The notes beneath the pieces are model-generated. The model had not been told where the DNA came from, ran no database searches, and was given only the letters and a program-made list of their open reading frames with translations. From Bigelowiella natans CCMP2755 (taxonomy: Eukaryota; Protista; Cercozoa), in the NCBI GenBank assembly GCA_000320545.1, contig ADNK01001892.1, positions 15,730-79,729 on the forward strand: a stretch of 64,000 bases of DNA. The letters run 5' to 3'. The number at the start of each line of letters is the position of its first letter. Within the stretch, counting starts at the first letter, position 1. Positions 1 to 14,061 of this stretch are shown here, piece by piece. A program made the position numbers and the translations under genes.

Positions 1-210
1 AAGCAGAAGTAGCAATAGTAACTTATTCTAGTAAGCTGTACTGCTGCTACCATGTTTTGAACTAACTGCTGCAAATGATGATGAATGATGATGAGTGAGA
101 ATCATGCACCAAGTACTACCTTTACTTGGTCTACTTCGTTTTCCCCCTTGGTTTTCTCCTCCTCCTCTCCTTCCATGGAGGTAGTAGTAGTACTACAATC
201 AAGGTATTTC

Positions 211-964
211 TTATGCTGCTCCTTATCATCGTCATTGTGGCCACTTGGAGGAGTGCTACCAATGACGACGGCTGCTGGTTCTTTACCAGCAGAGTGGTAG
301 AGATTATGATTGATATCTTGAGTAATGATGGAAGGGCTACTGCTGGTACCAAACATGGTAAATCATACCGACGAATAAAAGAATGAGGAGGAGGTGTCAA
401 TACTGATCAGCTATCAGTTTTTACCGAATATCAATGCTTTATAAATTAAAAAAAGTATCATCGTGAGATGATGACGATGATGATGACAATCAAGGAGAAA
501 ATGCTTCTGCTGCTGCTCCTGCTGCTGCTGATGATGATGGCGAGGTGACAATACTATGAACATACTCAACTAAATCTATTACCACTAGTTACACAATCAT
601 TAACAAACACCCCAACATTATCACTTACTATAATCTCGCGCACTAGTACTAGTAGTATTGACCCAATCATCATCACCTGCTGCTACTACTTTCATCTTCA
701 ACAGTCAATAGCGAAGGACCTTCCTCTATAGAAACAGAAAGATCATTGTAATATTCCTCCTCCTGCTAATTATCAATTTGGAGTGGAGAAAAGGAGAAAG
801 AAGACAGAGAAAAAGATAGCACACATTAGGATAAATGGCCTTGTTACGCACTACGTATTAAGGTTAATAAGTACACGCAACAACACGTAACGTGTACGTA
901 CTAGAAGGTGGTAGTAAGCAGCTGATAGATAGTAGATTCATCATATTTGCGTATTGGTAGTATT

Positions 965-999
<35 letters not shown>

Positions 1000-1728
1000 T
1001 TTAGTAGTAGCAGTAGTAGCAGTAGTAGTAGTGGTAGTAGTAGGAGGAATTATTGGGTGGGTGCTAGAAAATGGTAGTAATAGTAGTAGTAGTAGTAGTA
1101 GTAGTAGTAGCCAAGATGTACTTGTCGATTATGATACCAATAGGAGAAGAAGAAGGAGGGCTCATATTAATTGTTTATGATGTCATCATGTCCAGTGGTA
1201 ATAATATGTTTGATAGATGTGTGGTCATCTTGTTCTTGTTCTTCCGTGTGATGATGTTGATCATCACGAATATAGTAGTACGTACAAAGTAAGTATAGTA
1301 AATAAGTACAACCTCTTGTTGTTGTTGTTCTTCTTCTTCTCTAGAAGATGATGAGATAGTCATCAATCTCGTAGCACCATCCGATGAGTAAAATAACAAC
1401 ACCGTTCCCACAGAATTGCTCGTGATCGAAGAAGAAGAGGAGGGGGAGAAGGAAGTTGCAGAAGGAGGAAGATCCACAGCCTCAGTGGAAGAAGAAGAAG
1501 AAGAAGATGAGGCCTTCTTTTTAACCGTTGAAGTAGCAGAATACTTGAAATCTGGGTTATTGTTACATACATACATGCATACAATTGTGAGTAACCAGTG
1601 AGTAAGTACCACAAATAATAATGCACACATCATAACCAAATATTATCACCAGGGACAATAATAACAATACCAACCGTGACTTCAAAGTAATGCTTTCTAT
1701 GTTTTACTACATAAAGTGTATATATAAA

Positions 1729-1768
<40 letters not shown>

Positions 1769-2376
1769 CAGTAAGTAATACACACATGAATATTTACCGG
1801 ATTTTTCACTCTTGTGTAGTTTAAGCTGCAGCAGCAGCATATGAATGAGTAGTAGTAGTAGTAGTAGAAGTAGTAGTAGTAGTAGCACAATTACTATTAT
1901 GTGACGCATTATGTATTACCTTCTCTTTCTCCTCCAGCTGCTGCTGCTGCTGGTGGTAGTGGCTCGTGTAAGAATTCAGCCCCTTGCCAACGTATTCCTA
2001 TGTTATCACCCTCGCTCTAACCACAATCATCATCACCATCATCATTATCATCATCAGCGTTGACAATGTTATTTTGATTAAAATTACTGCCAACACCAAC
2101 AAACACTACGCAAATCAAATATTAGTAATAGTAGCAGTAGTGCCAACACCAACAAACACTACGCAAATCAAATATTAGTTATAGTAGCAGTAGTAGCAGT
2201 TGTAGCAGCAACATCATCACCACCCACATACCTCTCTTATTTGCCTTTCTTCATTGCTTTCCAAGGATATATTTTGCAGCAATACACAGGCGTTTCTATT
2301 TGTATAATGGAATACAAAGGGAAGGAGGAGGGAAGGAGGGAGGGAGAGCTCCTTATTCTTTCTTCCAAACATATAT

Positions 2377-2410
<34 letters not shown>

Positions 2411-3774
2411 AATGGCAGTGTAGTGCTACTACTATATAACTATCTATCTATTAATTAAAAGGAGAAAGGTAGTGGCACTACTACTACTACTAGTACTACC
2501 ACCACTACTACTACTATTTCACCTAGCTTTTAAGTAGTCTTTGGTTTGATTGTGTTCATGTCGCCGATGATGATTATGTCTTTTTCGCATTGGACCACCT
2601 ATTCACAGCAGCAGCAGCAGCAGCAGCAGAGAAGAAGCAGAAGAAGAAGCAGAAGAAGAAGAAGAAGAAGAAGAAGAAGAAGAAAAATAAGATTTCCAGG
2701 AAGGAATATAGCAGATAACATTCTCCTAAAGCAGCTCATATGGTGATATTCTTCCCCTTTTCGTCGTTTTATAATCATTTTATACTGCTATGTATTGATA
2801 GTTAAAAGTATGTTTGGTTCACACACACACACACACACAAATAATATATCCTGCAAGTGCTGCTACTGCTGCTTGCTGATGGTGGTGGTGGTGGTGGTGC
2901 GCAACACTCACTTGCATAGTTGAGCAACTTCGATATATCAAACAGGGAAAAGAATCTGATGGCGGAGAGCCAAGGCACGTACACAAACGACAACATCAAA
3001 ACACGCAACCACGCATAAGAGGAGGATGATAACATGGAAATTAATTATAGATGCAATGATGATGATTTACAATGAATTCGTGATTCAGTAAGAATAGTAA
3101 CTTACCCGCCTTCAAAGCGAATACCGAGATATTTACCAGATTTGGAAACAATCAATTCCCGTGGTACACCTTGGAAGTAGGAGGAAGTGCAGTGAAGAAG
3201 GAGGAGAGTAAATTGTTTCTTATATTAGTATTGAAAAGAAAGAAGAGATGCTTTCTCAAGTATAGCTTCTTATGATCAGTTAAGGCAGCAGCTGCTTTGT
3301 CGGAGTTATAACTAGGTAATAACAAATGATGTTCTTCATTTTCTTTTTCTCCTTCTTCTTGTGTTCTCCCCCCCTCCTCATGTGTGAAGGGGGCCTATCT
3401 GTTGACGATGGTCTGGGCACCATTATTATGTGATCTAACCATTGTGCATGCATGCATGCATGATTGATCTAATCTATCTATCTATCTATCTCTCTACCGG
3501 GTTGTTGCTGCTGGTTCTTCTTATTATTCTTGAGGCCATCAGCACTAGAAGCAGCCTCCTCCTCCTCCTCCTCCTTCTTTGGGATGCTGAGGTACTCTAA
3601 AGGCACCTCCAATTTAGGGTCCTGTTGGAAAGAGAAAGTAGTAGTAGGATATGTAAGATACAACAACAACAACAACAACAACAATATATCAAGCACCAAG
3701 AGATCGAGAAAGGCGCGAAGGAGTAGATAGAGGAGGAGACGATGCGGAAGAATAACATGTGTGCGTGTGTGTGC

Positions 3775-3824
<50 letters not shown>

Positions 3825-4321
3825 GAAAATAGTATCATAAACGACAATACTAATGATGATGATGTAAACCACGCTTCATTATTATACACCACATAACATC
3901 CATGCAAAGTAGCCAGCAACGATGATGCTGACGACGACGATAACATGGGCACATTAGAGATTAATAGGCCTTGACGATGGCGATTGTGGTGGTGGTGGGG
4001 GGGGGAGGGGAGGTGGATCAATAACTACCAGTGTAGATCCAGACATCAATTTAGAAGATAATAATTTGAAGTTGTTAGTAGAAGAACCAACGGTATCAGA
4101 TTTAGAAATGGAAGAGGCAGCTCCTGCTGGTTTATCGGTATGAGTAGTAGTTGCTTTCGAAACAACTTCCTTTAAATCCCAAAAGCTGAGAATACCTAGT
4201 AGTAATAGTTGATCAAGTAATCAAAGTAATAATACCGGAAAAAACAACAATATGTATGAATAAGGAATACCTGTATAATATGTAAACAACTGGGCAAAGA
4301 GATGGGGTAGTGGACGTGTGA

Positions 4322-4353
<32 letters not shown>

Positions 4354-4444
4354 ATAATAATAATTTGTTACCTGCCCTATCTATAGATATTATAACACTT
4401 GTGGTATCTCGCACGGAGGAGGATACTGCAATATCTACGACCTA

Positions 4445-4478
<34 letters not shown>

Positions 4479-5422
4479 ATGATGATGACTATGTTGTTGA
4501 AATTTGCAATGATAGCAGCAGCAGCATTCTCCATGTTAATGGTTGTGCTCATCAAATAACTACAAATTCTGAAACTCATGTGATTGAGTAGTATTTGAGG
4601 AGGGTAGAAAGAGGAGGAGGAAGTAGATGAAGTCGTCGTCGTTATCCGGTATGATGACAAAAGATAGATGATAGCACTAAATAGTAGAAGAATGTAGATT
4701 ATTTATTTATTATTTTTGACTAATACCGGTCCTTTCTGTGAAAGCACAGCAATCGTAGAAAGTGTGTGTACGTCGACAATATGGATCTGAAAGCAGCCAT
4801 GGTTATGATGATAGATCATGGTAATGATGAGTAGTATCTCGTCAACATTAATCAAATACAACAGAAAATGTCTTCAGCCTTGAAATAGTAAGATAAAAAT
4901 GAGTAATCCGTTTTCTCCATCACAGAATTACGTACGTACGTACTGTAGTAGGATTGCTTAGGAATCATGTATTGACAGTACCTAGCAGTTTTACTAACAA
5001 TGGTGTGATCTATGAATATTATATCTTTATCATAAATATTACACATTTAAAATGAGGAAGCAAAAAGATATATAATTTAAGACATTATCATACCTCGTTG
5101 GATCCCCTGCTGACACATGAAATGAGGTCTCTCTCCCCTCCTTTCTTGTTCTTGTTCTTGTTTTGATTCTCTGCCTCCTTCTTCCATGCTGTTGGTAGCT
5201 CTAGGATCTTTGTTACTGCACGTCTAAGCACCCTACGTGAAAAATGACACCTTCCCCCACTTGAATCCCACAACGTCAAACGACCGTCAACATCTCCAGA
5301 TACGATCATTTCCAATTCATCCCATGTCCGTTTAAGTGATGCTAGGGCTGTCACTTCCACACAACCCTCATGCACCATAGCCACCACCGGCTGCAAATAC
5401 CTAACATATGATGGACAATTAG

Positions 5423-5456
<34 letters not shown>

Positions 5457-5790
5457 GTTATTCTTGTCCATCGGTACTAACCGACTGGCCAAACTGATTT
5501 CTACAACACTCTAAATCACATTACTACACGTTTCTTAAGTCGTAAATCCTCTAGGTGTATGGCAACACATTTGACAAATACTCATAACTTTATATCATAA
5601 TATTTTTCGTGGTGAGATATTGTTGACAACTTTTTTCCAATCCATTCTTCATGATGCCTGATAGGAGGGAGGGAGACAAAGAGAGAGAGAGAGAGAGAGA
5701 AAGAGAGGAAGAAGTATCGGCTAAGAGCACAATATTTTATTATTGGATTTATATGAGAGTGCAGAATAAACCAAAGCAGTATGGTTAGAG

Positions 5791-5826
<36 letters not shown>

Positions 5827-6361
5827 TATCGATTTGAGCCGATCATCATTAATCAAAGCACCTCGTCGGAGGCTTTTCATGCACAATTTTCCACAAGCAT
5901 AGTTCCCCACTTTTAGAACCCGTCACCACGTATCTAGGTGTTGGAGGAGTTGTGGTGGTGCACAAAAATATACGGACATTTATGCAAATCGCTCAAATTA
6001 TGATACAAAAATATATTTGTAATTATATCGAATCTACAAATTTGAATGAAATAGGAGAAAGAGACGGCTAATGACTATGATATTCAGTGAATATAAGAGC
6101 TAGCTATGAAGTCCAGCACATGCACACCGTCTCTGTCTACTATAAATATATGGCACGGAGTTAGACAGTAAAACTCCAGCTCGCTTACATGACCGCATAT
6201 CAGAGCGAGAGCAGAAGGGGTGGGGAAGAAAGGAAAAGAAGGGAGAATCGCTGCTAAAGAATGTTTGAGTTGAGATACTTTAATCCTGCCGTCACTGCGG
6301 TAATATCATGCTTTGGGGGACCATCCCAAAATACTAGCGGGAACAGAAGAGATTGGTTCAT
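211..6361 (-). CDS. WDR7: WDR7/WDR72 (rabconnectin-3 beta)-like WD40 protein; multi-exon, 3' part probably continues beyond the left edge
   Basis: Exon 1 (6361-6279) reads MNQSLLFPLVFWDGPPKHDITAV, resembling the WDR7 N-terminus (SLVLPIVLWG..APTHCISAV). Exon near 5930-5862 reads YVVTGSKSGELCLWKI. ORF 5088-5492 contains EVTALASL...IVSGDVDGRLTLWDSSGGRC. Further GT-AG exons at about 4790-4720 (QIHIVDVHTLSTIAVL), 4437-4372 and 3180-3107. Downstream exons are incompletely resolved. Confidence 0.75.
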
Positions 6362-6714
6362 TGGCAGGCACGGGAAGGAGGTTGGGCTTTCGAGCCTTTA
6401 AGTAAGTCCCCAGTGTCCTCGTTTGTCTAAAAATGTATAGTACTTATTGAATATGATCACTAAATGTCGTAGATTCCACCACTATCATTGACTTGCGTAC
6501 CAGAGTCGCCGTTCGTAGACACACCCACACACGTGAGCTAATTAGTGCGGGAAGGAGGAGGGGAGCAGTGTTTATTCGTCGATCGACCGCAGAACCCAAC
6601 CTACTACCACTGCTTGATGACTGACTGACTTGATGATGATTGATTGATGAATGATGATGACCCAGGCAATTACCAACCAGTGCTGCCTTTTTTTTCATGT
6701 CGCTTCGCATAAAA

Positions 6715-7530
6715 TGGCAGGTGTTTGATGATGATGAGCTGGGTAATCTTACAACTGGAGGCTCATGTGAGTGTCGCTCCCCTCAAAATGTCAAGTGTAA
6801 TTACATCGAGACAAGGTGCATCAGCATGGAAAGTCTCCACGCAGCTAGAATGCCAATTTTTCAAATCCAGTCAGTCCTCACTGAAGCTGGTTCGAGGCAG
6901 TGCGTTTCGTGCTTTGCAAATGTCATGCAACATTTTGGAAGTGCAGTCCTTCATCACGTTTGTTTGTTTGATCGCATTTTCTTTGGTTGCACGTTTTGGA
7001 AGTGTGGTCCACCTTCAAGTCACTTTCTTTTTTTGTTTCTTTGCTCTTGTCAGGGGAGGATGTGCACGCGTCAGCACGTCTGATGCGATGAGCCCTGCTT
7101 CGCGTTCATTCAAGGTCATCCGTCGAAGTGCCGTGGCCGACGGACGCGAAAGAAACCCTCAAGTTTTCTTGGTGTTTCAGTTGATTGAGGAGGACACGGG
7201 TGAGTCAGCGTGCTGCCTTCTCGTTGAGATTCGAGTTGCAGGCACGTTGCACGTCGCTCCGCTGCACCACTCCAGCACTGCAGCCAAATCAAAGCCAAGT
7301 TCAATGCTTCTGCGTGCAGCCTTGTGCTCCTTTCGACCGCGTCATTGGAATCACTGCTTGCTTTCTTTCTTTCTTTCATTCCAGCATGAACGTTGTGTGA
7401 GCAGCGCGTGTTGCATGATTCGTGTTTGCTCCTGAATGTTGAAAGTGATTTTGACTCATTGTTGCCACGTGTCCTGCAGAAAACACGACCATGCACAAAC
7501 CTCTGGAAAAATGCTGTGGCTCGGTGCGTT
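6715..7530 (+). pseudogene. Probable relic of an intron-containing gene inside island 1
   Basis: Exon-like blocks bounded by AG/GT: about 6720-6766, 7054-7199 (..FLVFQLIEEDT, gtgagt donor) and 7385-7523 (HDSCLLLNVESDFDSLLPRVLQKTRPCTNLWKNAVAR). The TA-free part has no Tyr codons. Confidence 0.35.
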
Positions 7531-8450
7531 TCGGCACGCCTTGTGGCTTGCCAGCTGCAAGTGCCAGTCTGGCGGCAGCAGTGTTGTGCGTGCTGGCACA
7601 CGCTGGCACGCCTGGACACAGCAGTTCATTGTGTGCATCGCATGCAGTCATCTCGACTTTCAGTTTTCGCATCGCGTGCAAAAAAATCTTGCGTGCGCAT
7701 GCACATGGGCTTGTGTGTGCATTTGGACGTGATCAACTTTGATGCCAGTTGTCGCACCTTCGGTTTGTGCATTCATCGCTTGCGTGGGAGTTGGCATGCT
7801 GTCAATGTCCTTGTTGATTGTCTGAACTTGCTCAGCCTGCATGGCAGCAGGCGCGGTGCGATGATGCGACGCGGCATTGAAACCATTCGCATGCAGAACG
7901 GCCGCAGCCGGCTGTTGTCCTTGAACTCTTCGTCAAGGCAAGCTGCGTGCTTCGGAATGGGTGACGCTGATCGGTCAGCGTGCCGCGGTGGTGGATCTGA
8001 GGTGTCAGAGGTCATCAATTCTTGTGAAGCATGCATGCGCATGCAAGTGCAGGCTAGCAAACTGTCACTATCAGGCCAACAGGGCACCGCGCATTCCCCA
8101 TGCGCGCAACGACTCTTGCGCTAAAAAATGGCCGAACAAGCTAGGGCAGGGCACGGTGAAATTTGCATGCACGGTTGCTTGAATGATGATGAGACGTCTA
8201 GATCGTCTCAATGAGCGCTCTCTGGAATTTGAGCCCGTTTTGGCTGACATTTGCAGCAACCACAGAACCACCACAAAGTAGCAGAAACTAGCAGCAAACC
8301 AGCAATGATTAACGATGTCTTAGATGCAGTAACTCTTTGCAATTATGATGAAGACAAGTAACCATCGACACATCATCAACAGAGTGGACATTGCACTTTG
8401 GAAATGTTCCCATCCAACCTGTAAGCCGATGTTGCATGAAGGTGGTAAAA
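6848..8450. repeat. TpA-depleted island 1 (degenerate repeat or duplicated DNA)
   Basis: No TA dinucleotide in 6848-8054; rich in TG/CA with CpG retained; contains a 255-bp segment repeated in inverted orientation at 19198-19453. Confidence 0.8.
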
Positions 8451-8666
8451 TATGTAGAAATTTCCAAACATACATATCTTCTGAGTTTCAGAATAAAGAA
8501 GAAAGCACAGAGCAGCCTACATAACTAAATCTAATGAGTATGGGATGTAATTTGACTTCTCTTAAAGCTGCTGTTTACTCCTGTTCATTTGCTTCTGTAG
8601 TGCTTACCTTTGTCTTTCCTTTCAGACAGCTAGGTATTCACTTATCTATCTATTCGCTATTTGTCA

Positions 8667-9387
8667 TTATGCCTTTGTGTCTTCTTGAGATGTTGCTTTG
8701 CCTGCAGCAGCTTGATCATCCTTTTTTGACGGAGCCTTAAGAACTAGTCGAACCATGTTAATGCATCCTAAGAAAAACATTGATAATTATGGATAATAAA
8801 AATCGTGGTGCAACAAATACGACTTGCAAGAACTTATGTCTCTATTTCTTCTAAAAAATCTCTAGTCGTCTATGTGATGATACGTATTAAAACTTAAATC
8901 CTGCTGCTGCTTACAAATAGTTAGTTGTCTTAGCATGTATGACCCATAACCGCTTCTCCCACAGAACGGCCATAGACCATAAACATTGCCTGTTTGTACA
9001 TAGAAAGAAAGAGAAGCAACAACGAGGAGAAGGAAGGGGAGAAGATTAATAAGAGGATCCTTAGGGTTAGGAGAGTGGTAGTATTACTACCCTACTAATA
9101 CTAATAGTAGTAAATACGGCAGTGTGTTATTTTCTCATCGAGGAAGAAGGATAATAACTCATAGTGTACGACGTGTGATCGCATGCTGTGTACAACGACA
9201 ACATAAAAATCCTATTAGAGGAAAGAATACCAGTAGCTTTTTAATCAGAATATAAAGCAAAAGTATAAGTGTTTGTTGTATCTTGCTGATATGTACAAGC
9301 AAGATGCCGATATTAGTAAGAATACTCAGCGGTCCTCGGTACTACCTGCTGTACAATGTTCTTGGCACTCGACGATACCTAGTACCA

Positions 9388-9418
<31 letters not shown>

Positions 9419-9934
9419 CATCATTATGTGAGAATGAAGTTGAGAGTAGGAAACAACCAACCTTCAAATCGGCGCTATAATCATTGAATAATAATAATCA
9501 TAAATAGCCATGATGAAGATGATGATCATCATCGTAATAACACCAATTCAATCGTGGAGGAGGTGGCGGTTCTTAGTATCTATTTTATACTATATTATTC
9601 TTTTATTCATGATCACAATTAGAATAGTAGTAGTTATTGTTACAGGGTATTGCAGCCAATCTGGAGCTGCTGCACGAATTCCCAAACGGTCCTAGCAGCA
9701 TTTTAAAGTAAAAGAAGAGTGGTTGAATTTATTGTCGATGTTGTCGATAATGATAACGATGATGATGATGATGATGATGATGATGACGATGATGATGATG
9801 ACAGTAGTGATGACTCATTATTATATAAATAATTCAATAACCGTCGTTATAGCTTTCCGGTAAGAGAATCCTCTTAGTCCCTCTTTTCCTTTAGTTAGTA
9901 GTTTTTTTTAGAAGAAGAAGGCGACGATTTCAAC

Positions 9935-9971
<37 letters not shown>

Positions 9972-10755
9972 GGGAAGTAATTGCGACAGCAAATACCAAA
10001 AACGAAGGTCATTATCATCATGATCTTCATCATTGTTGTCAATGAACTAACCGTTGAAAGCTCCGAAACCACTTGCTCGTACACCTCCTACAAATGAAAA
10101 TAATGCATATCCATTTTATTATCATCATAATATTTCCTAATTACAAATCAAACAGCAGCACATCATGATTTAATTAATTTCAACTGACATCTTACTAATT
10201 AGTACAAATCAGCACCATACTACTACAACTACTACTACCAAATGGTAAAGATTGGATCAGCGGCACAATGGCAAAGTCATTAATGTTAGCCATTCCAGTC
10301 ACAATGCGTTTTGAGATACGCTCTGCTTTAGAATAGTCTTTTGAGAAGATAGAAGATCTAACAAGGAGGGCCATAGAGGAAAAGAAGGAGATAGTTAGAA
10401 AGAAGAAGTAAAAAGGCAAGATATCATTCAGAAAAGAGAAATTAAAGAGCTGTGATCTGTGTTGATTGAGAGAGGAGCCGTGTGCATTACATATCAGCAG
10501 CTTTGGAATGACTGACCATAATGTAGAATACGCATTTAATGCGAAACATTTCCATTATGTTGTAGTTGTTATCGGGGTTTGTTAAACAATCATGACTACA
10601 AACAGACAACAATTATTACTATTATTAATTGGTACGTGTATTATTACTATTATTATTATTATTATTATATACGCAGCAGTTAGTTGTTTAAGATGACCCT
10701 AAACCATATGGAGTAGAATTGCATAATTTCTCCAATTCGTCTTCGCTCTTCCATC

Positions 10756-10830
<75 letters not shown>

Positions 10831-11544
10831 CAAAATGTTACTACGATTTCAAGCAGAAAAAGTGGTAAAATACAGACATAGACGATTAAGCTACATATTC
10901 ATCTCGAAAGGAAGAGTGAGCCTACAACTATGGTACCGTTATCGTCAAATTCTCTTTATTTTCTTCATTATTGTTTATGTAGTAATAATTATAATACGTA
11001 AATGAAGGTAGTAAAAGTTGTACAGCTGATGAACGATAACAATTATATTTCTATGCGGTTCTATATGATATAACTGGTAGCGCCACCTTATAACCGTCAT
11101 TACAGGGCCAAATGTTTCCTATTATGAGAAAAATAACAAAAGAAGACGAAGAAAACGTTAAGATGATGCCAACATTACTAAATAATATTCTCCATCAAAA
11201 TTCTAGTGTGGTATTCATTCATAATCATTTATATTCATTCATTCAATTGTTACTTCTGTAGCGATTTCCATTTTCAAGTCCACGTCGGCCAGCACAGTTG
11301 GTTCAAAATACGTGGGATGTTTTCCCTATTGTTAGTGGCGCAGTTGTAGTAAGCACAGAAGCAGCAGCAGCAGCAGCAGCAGTTGTAGTAGTAGTAGTAG
11401 TAGTAGTAGTAGGTTTAAAACTACGTGGGATGATGATGATGATAATGTTAGTAATAACAGTAGACGATCGGTACACCAAGATGGCACTGCTACTACTACA
11501 ACTACTACTACTACTGCTACTACTACAATTAGTACTACTACTAC

Positions 11545-11575
<31 letters not shown>

Positions 11576-11895
11576 AACTACTACTATACTACTACCTCAG
11601 TTCCCTTACGTTTCCCTCCATAGAGTACACGTGCACCCTATTCATTCATTCATTCATTCTCTTTTAACAATAAGAACAAGAACTAGAGTAATAATAAGTA
11701 CTATGAAGGAGCCTTTGTTCTTATGGCAACTATGATACTCAATCTAATTATTACGTATTATACTCATTTATAAGCTTATGATTCCTATATACTACTACTG
11801 CTGCTGCTACTACTACCTTTGAAGTTGCATCGGCTATCAATTTTTCCACATGTTTTGCCTGTGAGGAGGGGGAGGAGGAACGATGGTGAATAACA

Positions 11896-11928
<33 letters not shown>

Positions 11929-13038
11929 CTCCATAATAAAAATCGTGATGATAATGATGATTATAATGATGAGATTAACATTCATCACACTAACTACATT
12001 GTTAAGTGTGTTGTTATCATTATCATCATCATCATCATCATCACCATCAACAACAACAACAAAAAGAGCATCGACTGACCTGGCTGGGCATTGTCATTGC
12101 TCCAAAATCGCATCTGAAATGTTGTGATTAAAGGATCAAATCTAAAGCAAAAGAAGATAATTTTGTATTTCTAGTGCATAAGTTATATTTTTCTCACGAT
12201 ATTTCATATGTTATGATGATGATACTGATATTGATGGTGACAAATTGCGTTTAAATCGTCTCTTCCACAATCATTGAAAGCCTTATAATTATGATGCAAA
12301 AGTGATCCTTTATTCCGAACAACACCTCCACCAACAACAACTACAACAACACCATTATTAATACTACCTCAATCCTTTGCATGATGCACCTTGACGAGTT
12401 TTCTTAAGTTTTATCAGAATTTTCTTCAGGAATTCATCGTAAATACCATCTTGCACGAGGAATCGCTCAGCAGATATGCAGTTTTGGCCACAATTTATGA
12501 AAGCTCCTCGAATGGCAATATCCTAATTATAATAGTAATAATTAATAATAATAATAATAATAATGATGGTTATAAGTGTTTGTTGTTTGATAAGCAGGAC
12601 AAAGGATATTATCTGATCATCCCCATATATGATGCATGTAGTAGTAGTGGTGGTGTCTTCGTCGTCATCGTCATCATCATCATCATCATCATCATGATCA
12701 TCACACGTACGATGGCGTGGTCCAAATCTGCGTCATCACAGACTACAAAAGCATCCTTTCCTCCCAATTCGAGTATCACTGGGGTCAGAGTTGAAGAGGC
12801 GCCCTACGTACAGAACAACAACAACAACAACATCGTATACGTATAATAATAAAAATAATAATAATATAATAATAATAATATATTTTGCAGCGTTGATTAT
12901 GATTGGGAGGATGAGGCTCCTCCTCCTCATCCTCCTCCTCATCCTCATCCTTATCCTCTTACTACTACTGCTACTACTACTACTACTACTACCTTCATAA
13001 CGAGCTTTCCAACTCCAGGAGATCCAATAAACAATACC

Positions 13039-13081
<43 letters not shown>

Positions 13082-13168
13082 CCATCATCGATGGATGATG
13101 TCTGTTAAATACTACCACTCACTGCTACTTATACTGTCAAGGATGACGATGATGCGTATGACTACTAT

Positions 13169-13200
<32 letters not shown>

Positions 13201-14001
13201 GTACCTTCTCAACCCCAGATTGCACAAGCGCTGCTCCTGTCTCCCCGTATCCTGATAGATAGAAAAAAACAACCAACATTATAAGGTAATATTTATGAGT
13301 TATAATAATAATAATAATGATAATAGAATATTCAAGATGAAAGGATTGACGACAATTATAATCTGTTTAATCTAATACTATTGTCGTTGTATCTCTGCAT
13401 CATCGGTGTTATCACCCCATTTCACTAAAATGTGATATAGGATTCATACACACACACACACATGCAGCAGCAGAAGAAGCATTGCCATTCATTGGCAAGC
13501 AAAAAATGCAAACTAGAAACTATTACCAACCACCCTTTCCCCCTTAATTTTGTGAGTACTAGTATTCAACAAACTGCTGCTGCTGCTGCTGCTATTACTC
13601 ACAATATCGCACGACAACCTCCTACCTGTAATGATTTGAACGAGATCAGGGTTATATCCACGTTTCCCGATGATTTCCCTCAAAACATCCTACCACCAAC
13701 CATCAATGATCATTGTTTTTTCAATTACTATCCATCAATCTCTATTAAATCATCAATCTGTCTATTTTAATATACTCTCCTCCTCCACCTCTTCTCTAAA
13801 CAATAATTTCATGCATTCAAACAACACTCAACAAGCACACACATATATAACATGTTATACTGCATTTCTATACTCTTCTTCTTCCACGATAATGGCATTC
13901 ATGTTGCTGCTGCTGCTGCTAGTATATAAGATGTATATATACATTACTACATTGCACCTCAATCCACTTCGCACTTGATGATGCCCATTCAGATACCTAT
14001 C

Positions 14002-14061
<60 letters not shown>

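Noticed and set aside
6848-8054. Methyl-CpG deamination or fungal RIP as the cause of TG/CA richness
   Set aside because: CpG is abundant in the islands and TpA is absent, the opposite of what either process produces.
6725-8274. Stack of long overlapping ORFs on both strands (up to 243 aa); likewise 18217-20328 and 43887-44567
   Set aside because: Loss of TA removes TAA/TAG stops, so ORFs lengthen in all frames. The translations in the TA-free cores are Cys/His/Ala/Arg-rich and lack Tyr. They are not evidence of genes.
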